This document shows positions 38,401-52,500 of a stretch of DNA of 64,000 nucleotides, one piece after another. How positions within the stretch are numbered: the first letter of the stretch is position 1; every line of letters starts with the position of its first letter. Under the pieces are notes generated by a model. The model had not been told where the DNA came from, made no database searches, and was given only the letters and a program-made list of their open reading frames with translations. The position numbers were made by a program, and so were the translations under genes. Source of the stretch: Balanoglossus misakiensis (taxonomy: Eukaryota; Animalia; Hemichordata); the NCBI GenBank assembly GCA_040954595.2, contig CM082577.2, positions 13,151,903 to 13,215,902 of the forward strand, written 5' to 3'.

Positions 38401-41400
38401 TAGACATAGAGGGAAAGTTACAAATCTCACCTCATCAACTGAGTTCACATAAGCATTATATTTTAAGCACAACTCCACCCCAAGGACATCTCCATCACGG
38501 GAAACCAAATGCAACACAGTCATATTTTTCGGTCCCTGTTCAAATTGCGGTAGATGTCACAAGAATAAAGCATTATTGTTAGTAAGTTGTGTTGGTATGA
38601 AACATCCCATTATCATAATGATGCAAAATAACATTCAAAGTGGGTTCCAAAACCCAACTTTGTCAAATTACTGAACTGGACAATGAGGAATATGTTTCCA
38701 AAATGCTTATGCACATTTGTTATGTTAAAAGGTAACTGTACATCACAAATGTCGTCAAGTTCACTTTCCTGTTAAATAATGAAAATAGGTACTTCCCATG
38801 TCATAACGGTGTGTTAAGTAATATACCAACAGTTTGAGTACGTTTATTTGATCTTTTAAAATCGAAACTGAGATGAAATGAGATGATGTCATGATTTTAA
38901 AGACAATTGCAATTTTTATCTCGGGTAAGTTTTTGTTTTAATTTTATAATCCGGAGATAACAGTTTCTGAAAAGGAGGATAAAGGTATGTATCACGTAGC
39001 ACCTTCACAACCCTGGCAACTGTATTTAACATGCATATAGAACAGAAGGGTAAATACGAATAAAGTCTAATAAGAACGATATGATTGAATAAGAATGTTT
39101 TTGACTAACGGAACTATAATCGGAAACTTGCCTGCGCAGGTTTTATATGTTCATCTATCTTTTTCTGTGATTGTAGCATTTTCACGATGTTTTCACTGTG
39201 TTCGTATGCAATGGCCCAGTGAAGCAATGTCGTCTGATCAATAAAAAAGGAAGACAAATATGAGATTTCACCATCGACCGCAATCATACATATTTCCTCT
39301 ATTAGTTAACTATCACTCAAGTGCGTTCAATTAAAGTATTTCCGTAAAGCTACATCATGTGCATCAAGTCAAAATGTTTTCTCTCGATAATCAGTGCACC
39401 GGTAATATGACATCAACGCATGTACAACTTTTATTATCATTGAAATAAAAAAAAAACATAACCAAAATACAGCTAGGTCCGGGAAATAGGTGGAAATGAC
39501 TATAGCAACAGAGCGTTTAGACCACTGGTGAGTACCTGTCCATGATTGGTAAGCATACCCATTTTGTATGCTACACCAGTTTAAAGTGACCAGAAGTTTT
39601 AATTCTAGTGAATTTGACTAATATTCGTAATGTAGTTTTCCTCGTATCACTTTATTTGTTTACAAATGGCGATGAACATCACTGATTTAAAGACGTCCAG
39701 GTATATCATTCACTTAATTGCACTTAAATAAGTTTTACTAGAACCCAAATCTCATACAGCACACTTGCACTAAAACACACTAAAATAACTGTCAGTATTA
39801 ATGTAAGCTTAGGTAATTAAACGTTTATAGTGTGTCAAAACTACAAATACTAGTCACATGTAGTCCATTCAATTTGCAGACATGTGGGAAATGAGAACTC
39901 AAGTAATTCAAGACCAAATTATACATTATTATAATATTTTGCATTAAAGTCAAAATTAAAAATAAGCTTTGAGTCTAATCTTATACCAACATTGAAATAA
40001 ACTCTGTTTTAAGCAATTTTTCACTGAAACACGCTTATCAATATAAGTGAATGGGACATTCTCATCGCTTTGGTTTACCTTGTTTTCTTCGTGAAGCGTG
40101 TTTGCTTTTTTGTTTAAAAGGTAGTTAACAACTTGTCCATGTTGAGACTCTGCTGCATGAAACAGGGCGGTCTTCTTATCCTTAATTGAGGCAAACAGAG
40201 AAGAAAACATTCGTCAGACATACATTACCATATGTCTCTTCACTAACGCCAGCAGAGGACAGAAATTCAACGCATTTAACAATAAATTCCAGATTCATGT
40301 GTTATATGCTGGAGATTTACCATTTCCTAGTGAATAAATAGCCTAAGTTGAAAAAAGTTCACATCTTCACTAAAAAGACAGCTGTCTACAGGCCTCCCTC
40401 AGCCGCAAATTAACCAGCAGCTCATGTTTGCAACAGACACTTGACAGCGATCGAATCGCGAACATTGTCCGATGCACACGGCTTCACTAAGTTGGTGAAT
40501 GTATTTAGCTTATTTTACATTCCATTTATGAGCATTGTCTTACTCTATGGGCTAATATTTTTAAAGCCATGTACACACTGCTGCTGGTGCAACCACTGTG
40601 TTGTTGGTGATATGTATCAGGCAAGCACAGAATAATCCACCAACGCAACACATAAAAAATAGGTGTGTGAGTTAATCGCTTTTTCCCATTATCATAGATG
40701 TGTGGGTTCAGCAGCCAGAGATCATGAACAATGTCAAGTCGAATTCAGTGGACGCTATATCTGTTCTGGCATACCAATTCATCAATTCGGTAACACACAG
40801 GTTTGAGAGGAAATGAACATGGATACAAGTGCAAACTTTTATAAACCTTGTTTGTTTGTATTGAACTTGATAACTGGCTGACTCAAGTCCAGCTACCACT
40901 TGAAGCCGGCCATTTTATACTGGTATCTCCTAAAGTCGTCTCCGTATGTATTAAACATGATACTCTATAACATGTTTAGCAGTTTTTCCGCTTCAACGAT
41001 AAACACTCCCACTTTCTATTTAACTCAAGATTTTGTTTTTGTTTGTTTTGTTTTAGCGGGGGGGGGGCGTGTACAGTTAGCTCATTTGTGTTGCTGCAAC
41101 CACCAACACATCTCTTCACTATTATGGTAGGCCCATAAAACAAAATTACGAAAATACTGTGTCACACTTGAGAATCATCAGTGTGAGCATCGTTCGTGTG
41201 TTTTTACCATAAACACCTTGCGACGCATGATCAAACCGTAACCAGTTTGAATTCAGATTTGTCTTGGTGGTGGATTTTGAAACGACCCTACGCCTTTATG
41301 AAATAAATACAGTATTTTGTGTCATGGAAATAATTCTAATTGTTAGCACAATTCCGATATGCAAACGAATGCAGGCGAGATGTGATCTTACGCTTCTAAT

Positions 41401-44400
41401 TTGCATATATAAAAATGGTTGCATTTCGTACCATTAAATATGCAACCTGTAAAGGGTAATGAATTGTTTGATGTCATAAAGAAACGCAAGGTTAGTAGCA
41501 GGCATACCTCTATAGTAAAAAATACCCACTTTGCATATTTTTGTTGTGCTCAGACAATGCGATACAAAATACCAATGGCAAGTGAAACTCTTTATTACCA
41601 GATTTGAAGAGTAAGTTCTTTCAGGCAATTATTGAGAATGTAAAGTTCATATTGATCGGATGTGCTCTGTCGACTAACATACATGTATATATAGGCTGCA
41701 TTCACAAACACCTCTGAAGGGGGGGGCAGGAGAATTGAGGGGGGGGATTTGAAAAAATTGAGGGTATGTGAGGGGGGGGATTTGAAATAATTTAGGGACT
41801 GAAAGGGGGGGACTTGAAAACTTTAACGACTAAATATTTATTTTGAGTCCACAAAAATGCAGTTTCGCGCCCTTTATTTTACAAAATTTTCTAATGTGGG
41901 AGGGGGACACCCCCTCCCACACCCACCCCCTCCATTCATCAACACCTTTCAATCATTGAATGGTTTATCTAGTGTCCCAGGTCAGGGGACTTGCCCCACC
42001 CCATGATAACTTTGAGCGCCGACGGTTAAATTTGTCCTCCCCAACATACCTGTAGTTGAGTTAATTTGCTTTTGCCGGGTTCATTAAAATGCAGCTTTGA
42101 GCTCTGTATTTTAGAAAATTTTCTTACGTGGGAGGGGGACACCCCCTTCAATTCTTGGTTTACAAAGTCTCCAAACACAGAATACAAATATATGTACTTA
42201 AAAAATAAAAACAATGTTCAGTTTTAATACCCACTGATGAGGGGAAACATCAGTTTCAAATTCTTTTCATGGGAGCGCTGTTTTTCTTTTTACAAGATAG
42301 ATAGGTGATGTGTTTTGCTCTGTGAAAGACAATGGGGGGGGGATTTCAAAATTTTGGCAGTTCGGAAGGGGGGGATTTGAAAATATTGGCAGTTCGGAAG
42401 GGGGGCATGTGAAAATTAGCGGTAAAAAAAATTGAATTCTCCCGCCCCCCCCCCCCCCCCCCCCTCCAGAGGTGTTTGTGAATGCAGCCATAATTATATA
42501 TAATCTCCCAGTATTTCGAACGAGTATTACGTCAGCAAGAGAAGAGTGATTCCCCCATAACGGCTGTATCCCTCCGAGAGGCGAAGAGGGGATACAGCTT
42601 TGGGGGAATCACGAGTCCCTCGCTGACATAATACGAGTGAGAAATACTGGGAGATTATGTATTTATTATATTCATAGACCCGGGGCAGTCTTAATATTTT
42701 GCAATAAAATTGATTTAAATGGTTTCGGAAGGGTTTGAATTATTTCAAGCTGCGCATGGATATAGTGAAAATGGTGAAGAGGCTCAGCTCAGCTGATTCA
42801 GCTCATTCATAAATTTTGTGTGAGACGGGACATACGTGCAAGTCGAATTAATATTTGTCAACTAGTTTTAAAATGCCTTGTTTCACAACAAATTCAACAG
42901 TCACGAAATCAAACAGTCAACATCTCAATCCTGTGAACTATCGCTAGTATCGTCGATTACGGCTCGACGTTTACACGGTCGCGATCGCGGCGCTGGCTGA
43001 CTCGCGGTCCAAGCAACATTGGTGGCTGCCCGTTGATCGTACACTCGGTCATGGTGGCCCCAGAAAACATTCCCGCAGCTGCAGCCTCTACGATACCTCC
43101 GTCCGATGATGTAGGCTGGAAGGGAGAAGCTGCGACAGACGTGAGTTGGTGTGGATGACTGAGCTCGGTAAGGCAAAAGAGCGTGCTGTTGATCCCACGC
43201 TGGTATGTGAGCGTGTCCGGCTCGTAGCCAGACCCGTCGCGCGCTCTGCCTCGAGACGCGATGAAGAATTTCGACAGGTAGACGTCCAGAATTTCAGGCG
43301 GAATTTCATGTAGACCTGTCACTGAACCATCTTCTGTCAACTCTAGAAATTCCCTAAGTTGTTTCACCGCGTTTGTGGTCGACTTTTACAATGTTCTGCT
43401 TTCTTTGGCTCTTTAGAAAATCATCAATGTCGTTCGACGACATAGCTATCATATGTGCCGCTCTGTCGCTGACATATTTGATCGAGCAAAAATTTTGAAG
43501 CGCAGACGACAGTCGTCAAACTTTCCCCGCCACAGTTTTAATACATCGAGCAAACTAATAAAACATCATTAAACGATACTTCACATGTGCTTTATTATTT
43601 GTAACCCCATTTTTCCCAAACTTCAAAATAACATCGTAGGATAGTATTTTTATTTGTTTACAAACTGAATAGGTTCCGGCAGAATTATTGGCAGTGACGT
43701 CGTACTACAGTAATATGCAATCTGTCGATTTCTTATTACTATAGTGTGACGTCACACTCTGGTAATAACCGGGTCTATGAATATAATAATGCATAAAATA
43801 TTTTTTTCCTGAAACACGTTTACAATTTTGTAATTAGACGTCGCATGCAAGTTATGCTATGCCCGCGTATTTACCTTTAACTAAAATTGTACAATTGTGC
43901 GTGTATGCATAAACGTACACATTTTTATATTCCTATAGCCTAACATGAACAAAAATGTAGTGTACACTATATATGGTACTTAACATGTAAGATTAACTTC
44001 ATCTTACCTTGTCAAATAAGTTCACATCGAAGTAATACTTTTCTAGAAGGAGTTTTACACACTCACTGTTGCCATCTTTTGCAAATTGGTGCAGTACAGT
44101 CAATCCATTCTGCTCGGAAAATAAACACCAGAGAAAAGAATCAGAATTTGTTCACAGCTAATCATGCAAATACAAATAAATAGTATCCTTGAATTTTTAT
44201 GATTTCATTGAATGGGTTGGAGTTGAAATGGGGTTATACGATGTTGTATAGGGGTTCACAGTTTACAAGACAGGTCAAGGAAGGGGGGGGGGGTTAAGTA
44301 ACTAGTTTTCATTTCAAACCCGTCATAAAGTGCGTCATCTTACCACAAACAAGTACATCTGTAAAGACAACACTACTGTATATATATGACGGCTAATGGA

Positions 44401-47400
44401 ATCCTCGACTGTTCATAACATTTCTCCCAAAAGTAACAGCTTCTGTACAAATAGAAACTCAGTTGTGTATCTCCTCTCACATCCGGTAAACTACTATCCT
44501 ATCACAGACAGAATTCCCCCTGTGTAATAATGACAGTTCGAACACTCCAACATAATGCTCTTCAAATACCACCAGTCAGTGATAATGACATTCCTTCGCG
44601 CAGATATCCGTTGCCTGTGAGCCAGAATTTGTGAATATGTAAGTCTTTAAGACACGAACCTCCATTGTGTCTTTGACGTTTTTCTTGGAGCCTCGAGCTG
44701 CGGTTGCCTTAAGGTTGTCTGCAATGATGGTCTTCTTTTTCGACAAAGCCCAGTGAAACTGTGCTGGAAATGATGTATCTTGCTAGAAAAAAGTTTGTTG
44801 TCAAAGAAATGTCAGTGAATGCGGGAGTAAATGAAGCAACGCACTGTTTTATACATTTTACGCGCTCATCACGTTATCAACATTTTGGGAAATTTCATGA
44901 TATTTTTCAGAATGTACTAATTTTAGGCCACATAGATGTATGCTTTGATGTACATAAAAAATGTTATAACATTTAAGTATAGTGCAGGAGCTAAACCCCA
45001 AATTTTGGCATAATTGTGCACTTTGGGTTAAAAGCATGAAACTTGGTACAGTTATGCATTGACCCATGGCGGACATTTTCTGGTATGGATCCCAAAATAC
45101 AGCGGCCTCTAGTGGCCAGAAACTGACATTCATACATCAAAATTGTGCACTTCCGGTTAAAAGCATGAAATTTGGTACAATTATTCATTGACCCATGGCG
45201 GACATTTTCCAATATGGATCCCAAAATACAGCGGCCTCTAGTGGCCAGAAACTGACATTTACACTTTTCCCCCATTAATGGCACTTTTTGGTCAATTGTA
45301 ACACTCAGAAACAGGAATATGGGTTGTAAAACATGCTAGCTGCCATATATTCTTTTGAATATTATCCTAATCCTGATGTACATGTACCAGATCAATCTAG
45401 TATTTTACTAATTGAACAATTTGTTCTTCTGTATAACAGAACCAGTTGAATACACAAAGTCATGCAAAGGGGTAAGACAACACATCTTCTCCAGAAAGTC
45501 AAGGGTTCTCGAGAATATTCCTTCTTCACATGTAGCTCTTAAAGAACATGTGCTATGAGAAACCTAGCAAAGCTATATCAAACCAACAGAATCCCAGTGG
45601 AAATCAAAGTGGACAACTCTTAGTCAAGCCCAAGAAAAGAGTCAACCTCAAGAAATAAGTTGCAAAAAGTCATGCACATGTTTCTGTAGGTGCTTTAGGT
45701 CTAGTCTGACAGCAGTGCTCTTTGTTACTGTGAAGAAAGATGTCATCAAGATTGATCTGATACATGTACATCAGAATTAGGATAATATACAGAGGAATGT
45801 ATGGTAGCAAGCATGTTTTACAACCCACATTCCTGTGTTTGAGTGTTAAACTTGATCAAAAAGTTCCATCAATGGGGGAAAAGTGTAAATGTCAGTTTCT
45901 GACCACTAGAGGGCGCTGTATTTTGGGATCCATATTGGAAAATGTCCGCCATGGGTCAATGAATAATTGTACCAAATTTCATGCTTTTAACCCGAAGTGC
46001 ACGATTTTAAAGTATGAATGTCTGTTTCTGGCCAATAGAGGGCGCTGTAATTTTGGATCCATATCAGAAAATGGCCGCCATCGGTCAATGCATAAGTGTA
46101 CCAAGTTTCATGCTTTTAACACAAAGTGCACGATTTTTTGGTTAACTGCCCCACTATTAGGCCATTTTGTCATAAATAAGTGTTTACTTCTCAGGCAATA
46201 TAATTTAATAGACAGAATTGAAAGCTTATCCGAGATTTTTCATCGAGTTGCAGCTCACGTAGCTTTAATAATCACAGTGACATGATGTCAAGTGAAGATC
46301 CACATGCGCGTGCCTATAATATTGATTCCTGAGATTAAACGACTACCTGATGGGCAGAAATGCATACGTTTGTTAAAAAAGTTTTATACACTATGAAATC
46401 ATTTTAAAAGTAAGTATTGTAACAAACTAAACATTCGTAGCTTACCACATTTTGGGCAATCTTTGCCTTTTTCTCAAGAAGAAATAAGGCAGCCGCACTT
46501 TTGTTCTTCTCAACTGCCAAATAAAGGGGCGTTCTATCACCCTGGTGAATAAATAGATATATCGGTCCTAAAACGGCCCAATACACTTAATTTCGCATTG
46601 CTTCTGCCTACCCTATTAGACATCTGGATAGAGATTTCAATGCGTGTGTTTAGCGATACTGCGCTGATAAAATGACAGCGCATTTGAGCTGTTGTTTGCT
46701 GCCAAAGGTGGAAGTGAGAAGTCCATAATATACGTATTATTTATTTCATAAAATATAAAATAATCTCTGCATGTATATGGACGTTCCCTTGTACGCTGAA
46801 TAGCAAAATTCTATCCATGCAGGCCACACATTAAAGCAATAACAATTAAAAGTCAATAAAATACCTTATCAACAGGGTTTATATCCGCTTTGTTGTCGAC
46901 CAATAGCTTTATCATTTCGGTTGTTCCGAATTGGCTTGCAAGGTGCAGTGGGGTTTTATCATCCTTCACAACATGAAATTTAGACATAAAATTAAAACTA
47001 ATAAAATTTACCCTCAGTAAACAATGCACTCTCATTGACGTAGAAAAGTGTCAGTAACTGCTGGGTTGAAAAAGGAGTATAATCAAGTCTGTCATTCGTG
47101 TTCAACAAACAGCACTGCTGTATTTTGACATATTATTCCATTATTCCAACCGAAACGCATCATTGGTCCTAAAATATCACAAACACATGCACTTAGAACA
47201 ATACATAACCGAATGCATGATGTTACAAACATCTTCCACAAAGATTACTGCAGGAGCTAGGTGCCGTTAATCAGAATTTTTGGTAAGGAAGGTTTGAGAA
47301 GTCCATTCTATGTAAAACATGGTGCTGATTCCAAAAATGTCAGTCTTATTGACCCCACTCAAGACAAAATTGCCATTTTGGCCAATTTTAACCCAAAAAT

Positions 47401-49562
47401 GGTCTTTTTTAGAAAACACTAAAAACACAATGTTTTCGTCACATTCTGAGATCTGATGACATATGATATGCTTATTCTATGTAAAATTTTGTGAATATTA
47501 CGAGAAAAGTAGTTCGATTGACCCAAAACAACAGAAAATTGCCTTTTTGACCATGTTTTGCCCAAAAAACGTCATTTTTAGAAAAAAATTTAAAACACAC
47601 GGTTTTCTTCATAATGATTGATCTGGTGATATATGGAAAGTCAATTCTATGTTAAAAGTGGTGACTTTAAAAAATAAAGCAGTCTTTTTGACCTAAATCA
47701 ATACAAAAATGCCATTTTTGGCCACTTTTTGAGGTCAAAAAAGGTCATTTTTACAAAAAAAAACTAAAAATAAATTGTGTTTTTCATATTCAGAGATCAT
47801 TGGATATATGAAATGTCCATTCTATGTAAAAAAAAAAACGGTTCTGATTCCAGAAATAGCAGTCTTATTGACCCTACTCAAGAAAAATTGCCAATTTTGC
47901 AACTTTTTGCCCAAAAACGTCATTTTTAGAAAACACTCAAAATTTATATATTTTCTTCACTTTCGGAGATCTGATAATGTATTATATGCCCACTATATGT
48001 GAAAAATTTCCAAAAAAGCAGTTTTATTGATGCCACTCAAGATAAAAGTGCCTTTTGGCAAGTTTTTGCCCAAAAAGTGTCATTTCTAGAAAACACCCAA
48101 AACGTTTATATTTTCTTCACTTTCGGAGATGATGATGTATTATATACCCACTCTATGTGAAAAAATTCAAAAAAAAAAATTTACTGGCGCCACTCAAGAA
48201 AACAGTGCTTTCTTGACAAGTTTTTGCCCAAAAAGCCACTTTTCGAAAATCATTTTAAACAAACTGTTTGATTCTTATTTGGAGATTCTATGATGTGTGA
48301 AAAGTACATTTATTGTAAAATAGGTGTTGTTTCCAGAAATGCAGTCTTAATGGCCTCAACCATGATGAAATCACCTTTTTGGCTAAGTTTTGCACAAAAT
48401 TGTTATTTTTAAGAATATATTAATAGCATTCTCTTTTCTTCACTTTCGGTGATCTTATTATAAATAAAAGCCCATTCTATATTGAAACGTGGTTACTGTT
48501 CCAAACACGGAAGTCTTACTTACCCTATTAAATTGAGATTTGTAATTTCGGCCACTTTTTTGGTCAAAAATGTTCATTAAAAACAAACAAACTAAAGACA
48601 AATTGTTTTCTTCATATTCAGAGATCAGATCATGTATGAAAAGTCCATTCTGTGTAAAATTTGGTGACTATTCCAAAAACGGCAGTCTGGTTGGCCCCAC
48701 TCTAGTCAAAATTGCCTTTTTGGCTATTTGTAGCCAAAAATAGATCTACTCAAGAAAAATTTATCCTTTTAGCCATTTTGTACCGAAAAAATGTTTGTAT
48801 TTGGAGTTTTTGCAAAATTAGCCCAAGTTGAACTCATGATGATGATGAAACAGCATCGAGAGGAAAAGAAGTTACGAATTGAACAAAACTCGCGTCGATG
48901 AATGTAAACACGCCGCCCGGGACCAAGCTCTAATATAATACAGATGACAAAAGAAAGGCATTGCACATTGCCCAAATATTCCCATACAGCAGTTCCAAAT
49001 TAAAACGTCAAGGATTTTATGTTTATTTGGTTTAAGCCCACATTTTCCCTGCTGCGTGCTAGTTCAGGGGCCAGTTTTAGCAGTGCTCTATTGAGTATTC
49101 TGGCATCGTTCAATTGGGTTGCACTCCTGTCCAATCAGTATGACGGAGGTATCATGATATAAATTATAATATAATTTCTGATTTTGTATTCAGATTGAAG
49201 AGAATAAATTTCAACAATCTCTCCCGAGCTGGCATATCTGAACCTAAATATTTCACACCACGCATAATCGACTTATAGTAGACAGTGCGTATACATGGAT
49301 CATCTTATTGTTGAGTTCAGTTTTGGGCTAAATGTGCCAAATTGTGGCAACCCTGTCTTTCAATACCATCAATTTAATTGATATTTTATGCTTATGGCGT
49401 TTTAAATATGCATATACAACATCAGAACACAAAAGGCAAAAACATCAATTATATTTGTTTTCTGAAAATGCCTATTGTTGACCAAAAGATGGCTAAATGG
49501 CAATTTTGTACTGAGCGGGGTGTCTCAATAAGACCGTTGTGCTGGTATCAGCATATTTTTTG

Positions 49563-49593
<31 letters not shown>

Positions 49594-52500
49594 CGAATTT
49601 ACATACATCACAAGGGCTCTGAATACGAAGGAATAAGTTTGTATTTATTTTTTCTAACAGTTACCTTTTTGAGCAAAGAGGCCAAAATGATATTTTTTCC
49701 CTCAGTGGGGTCAGTAAGAGTTTTTTAGTACTTTTATTTATCATTCGATCACCAATGGGAAGAAAATGGCATATTTTTCGTATTTTCTAGAAATGACACT
49801 TTTTGGGCAAAAACTTGCCAAAAAGGCACTTTTATCTTGAGTGGCATCAATAAAACTGCTTTTTTGGAAATTTTTCCCATAAAATGGGCATATAATACAT
49901 TATCAGATCTCCGAAAGTGAAGAAAATATATAAATTTTGAGTGTTTTCTGAAAATGACGTTTTTGGGGCAAAAAGTGGCAAAAATGGTATTTATTCTTGA
50001 GTAGGGTCAATAAGACTTCTATTTCTGGAATCAGCACCATTTTTACATTGAATGGACATTTCATATATCCAATGATCTCTGAATATGAAAAACACAATTT
50101 ATTTTTAGTTTTTTTTGTAAAAATGACCTTTTTTTGACCTCAAAAAGTGGCCAAAAATGGCATTTTTGTATTGATTGAGGTCAAAAAGACTGCTTTATTT
50201 TTTAAAGTCACCACTTTTAACATAGAATTGACTTTCCATATATCACCAGATCAATCATTATGAAGAAAACCGTGTGTTTTAAATTTTTTCTAAAAATGAC
50301 GTTTTTGGGGCAAAAAATTGTCAAAAAGGCAATTTTCTGTTGTTTTGGGTCAATCGAACTACTTTTTTCGTAATATTAACCAAATTTTACATAGAATAAG
50401 CATATCATATGTCATCAGATCTCAGAATGTGACGAAAACAGTGTGTTTTTAGGGTTTTCTAAAAAAGACCATTTTTGGGTTAAAAATGGCCAAAATGGTA
50501 ATTTTGTCTTGAGTTGGGTCAATAAGACTGACTTTTTGGAATCAGCACCATTTTTTACATAGAATGAATTTCTCAAACCTTCCTTACCAAAAATTCTGAT
50601 TAACGGCACATATCTCTTAGGGTAGATGTGATATACCGACGACATTTACATATGAATTTCTATAAGATTTTCAAAGCGACTATAATTATCAAACATACAA
50701 AACAAATAGAAAACATGATTGTGGAACGGTGTTCAGGGGTACTTCTGGGGGCACTGAGGGAGATAATTTTTTTAGTTTACCAGGCTACCTTAATTAAATA
50801 TGGTCACACGAAATATGAAAAACTAAATCCGAGTTGATACCAATAAGTGTTATTTATAACTTAGTGTATGACTCTAAGTACCTCCACGATATTCATGGGA
50901 ATGATTTGGAATACCTTGCAAACTATCTCACTTGTATTTCCCAGTTAAATTGTTCCTACACAACAAGTGATGTAAACCCTTGTAATTTGACAGAAAACAG
51001 TGAACACACCATGCGTACACAACATTCTTGAACGGAATAATCTCTCTTATGTAGTCAATCTCGCGTATTTATGTGATTTCAAACATAGCTTGAAAGTGAT
51101 CATATTGCAGTACTTAAAAGTGTTACGTTACTAAACGGCCAGATCATTTGGATTTGAATTTGGACAGAAGGTACATGAAAGTGACTCTTTATAAGATTCG
51201 TTTATACATTCAAGTACAGTGCAGCTTAGGAATAGCTTTCCAATTTGCTAACAACTTGCTGACACGGTGTTTATAATGAGCCAACACAGTGTTAGCCTGT
51301 GTGTTCCAAGTGTTACAAAGGTGTGAATCTGTTGGCCCTGGCACTTGGCATTGTTCAGTGTTAAACCTTGGCGCACCCTATTGTTTTGGCACACAGTGTT
51401 AGCCTGTGTGTTCCAAGTGTTACAAAGGTGTGAATCTGTTGGCCCTGGCACTTGGCATTGTTCAGTGTTAGCACCTTGGCGCACCCTATTGTTTTGGAAC
51501 ACCCCAGTTAAACACAAGCCCAATAGGTGCTAATTAGAGCGCCAATGGGGTGCCAACCCAGAGTTGACCCAGTGTTTAAACAGAGCTGACCCAGTGTTGG
51601 TGCAGTTGGAAAGCTATTCCTAAGCTGCACTGTATATATATAGCCTATCAATATTGAAAAGGAATATACATGAAAATACCATCGAAAAATTCAAAAATAC
51701 ATGTCATGAAAATTCTTTATAAACATTCTTTCATGCTTAAAAGTCTGAAAGATGTTAACTCTGTGTAAGCAACACGAGATGAAACCCAACAGGTACATGT
51801 AGATTACCTTAAAAGAAAGTGTGATTTTATAATATCAGCAACTCGAACGGCCTTTGCTTTAAATTGAATGATATTTACAACAACTTACATGTCCTTTGAT
51901 GTTAACATTTGCTTTTCCATTTTCAATCAATAATTTTGCCACATGTACTTGGTCTGATGCACTACAAACATGTAACCAACTCCAATTGTTGGTTTGTCCG
52001 ATGTTCGCAATGTTGACCTATAGAGACGTAAAGAAGATTTTAATTACTATATACACAATATTCTATGTAATGACAATTTGAGATACTCTGGAAGAATACA
52101 CATTATGAAGTTTTACAGCATAGTCCCATGGTTGTGAACATTCACTGAGCACATTGTATCACAATCATCATCAAAAAATCACTTCATGTACATATTAGTA
52201 AAACACAGATAGGAATGAACCTTTTGGACAATCATTTCGACTGATATCCATATACCGCGGTCGCCGGTAATGACATACCAGGCAATAGGCGGCACTCGCC
52301 GGTGCACTTCTACATAACCACATTACCCACCAAGGCAACGTAGGTACATTTCAATGGTGATTTTGTAGAAAAGCAACGTCACCTCTCTTGCAAACTAATC
52401 AACGAAGGTAACAGTAAACAATGCATATTTCGACACTTGGCATTTGTCTAAGGCAGGAGAAGAATGTAACTCTCAAAAAAATGCCAGAAGGTACATGAGT

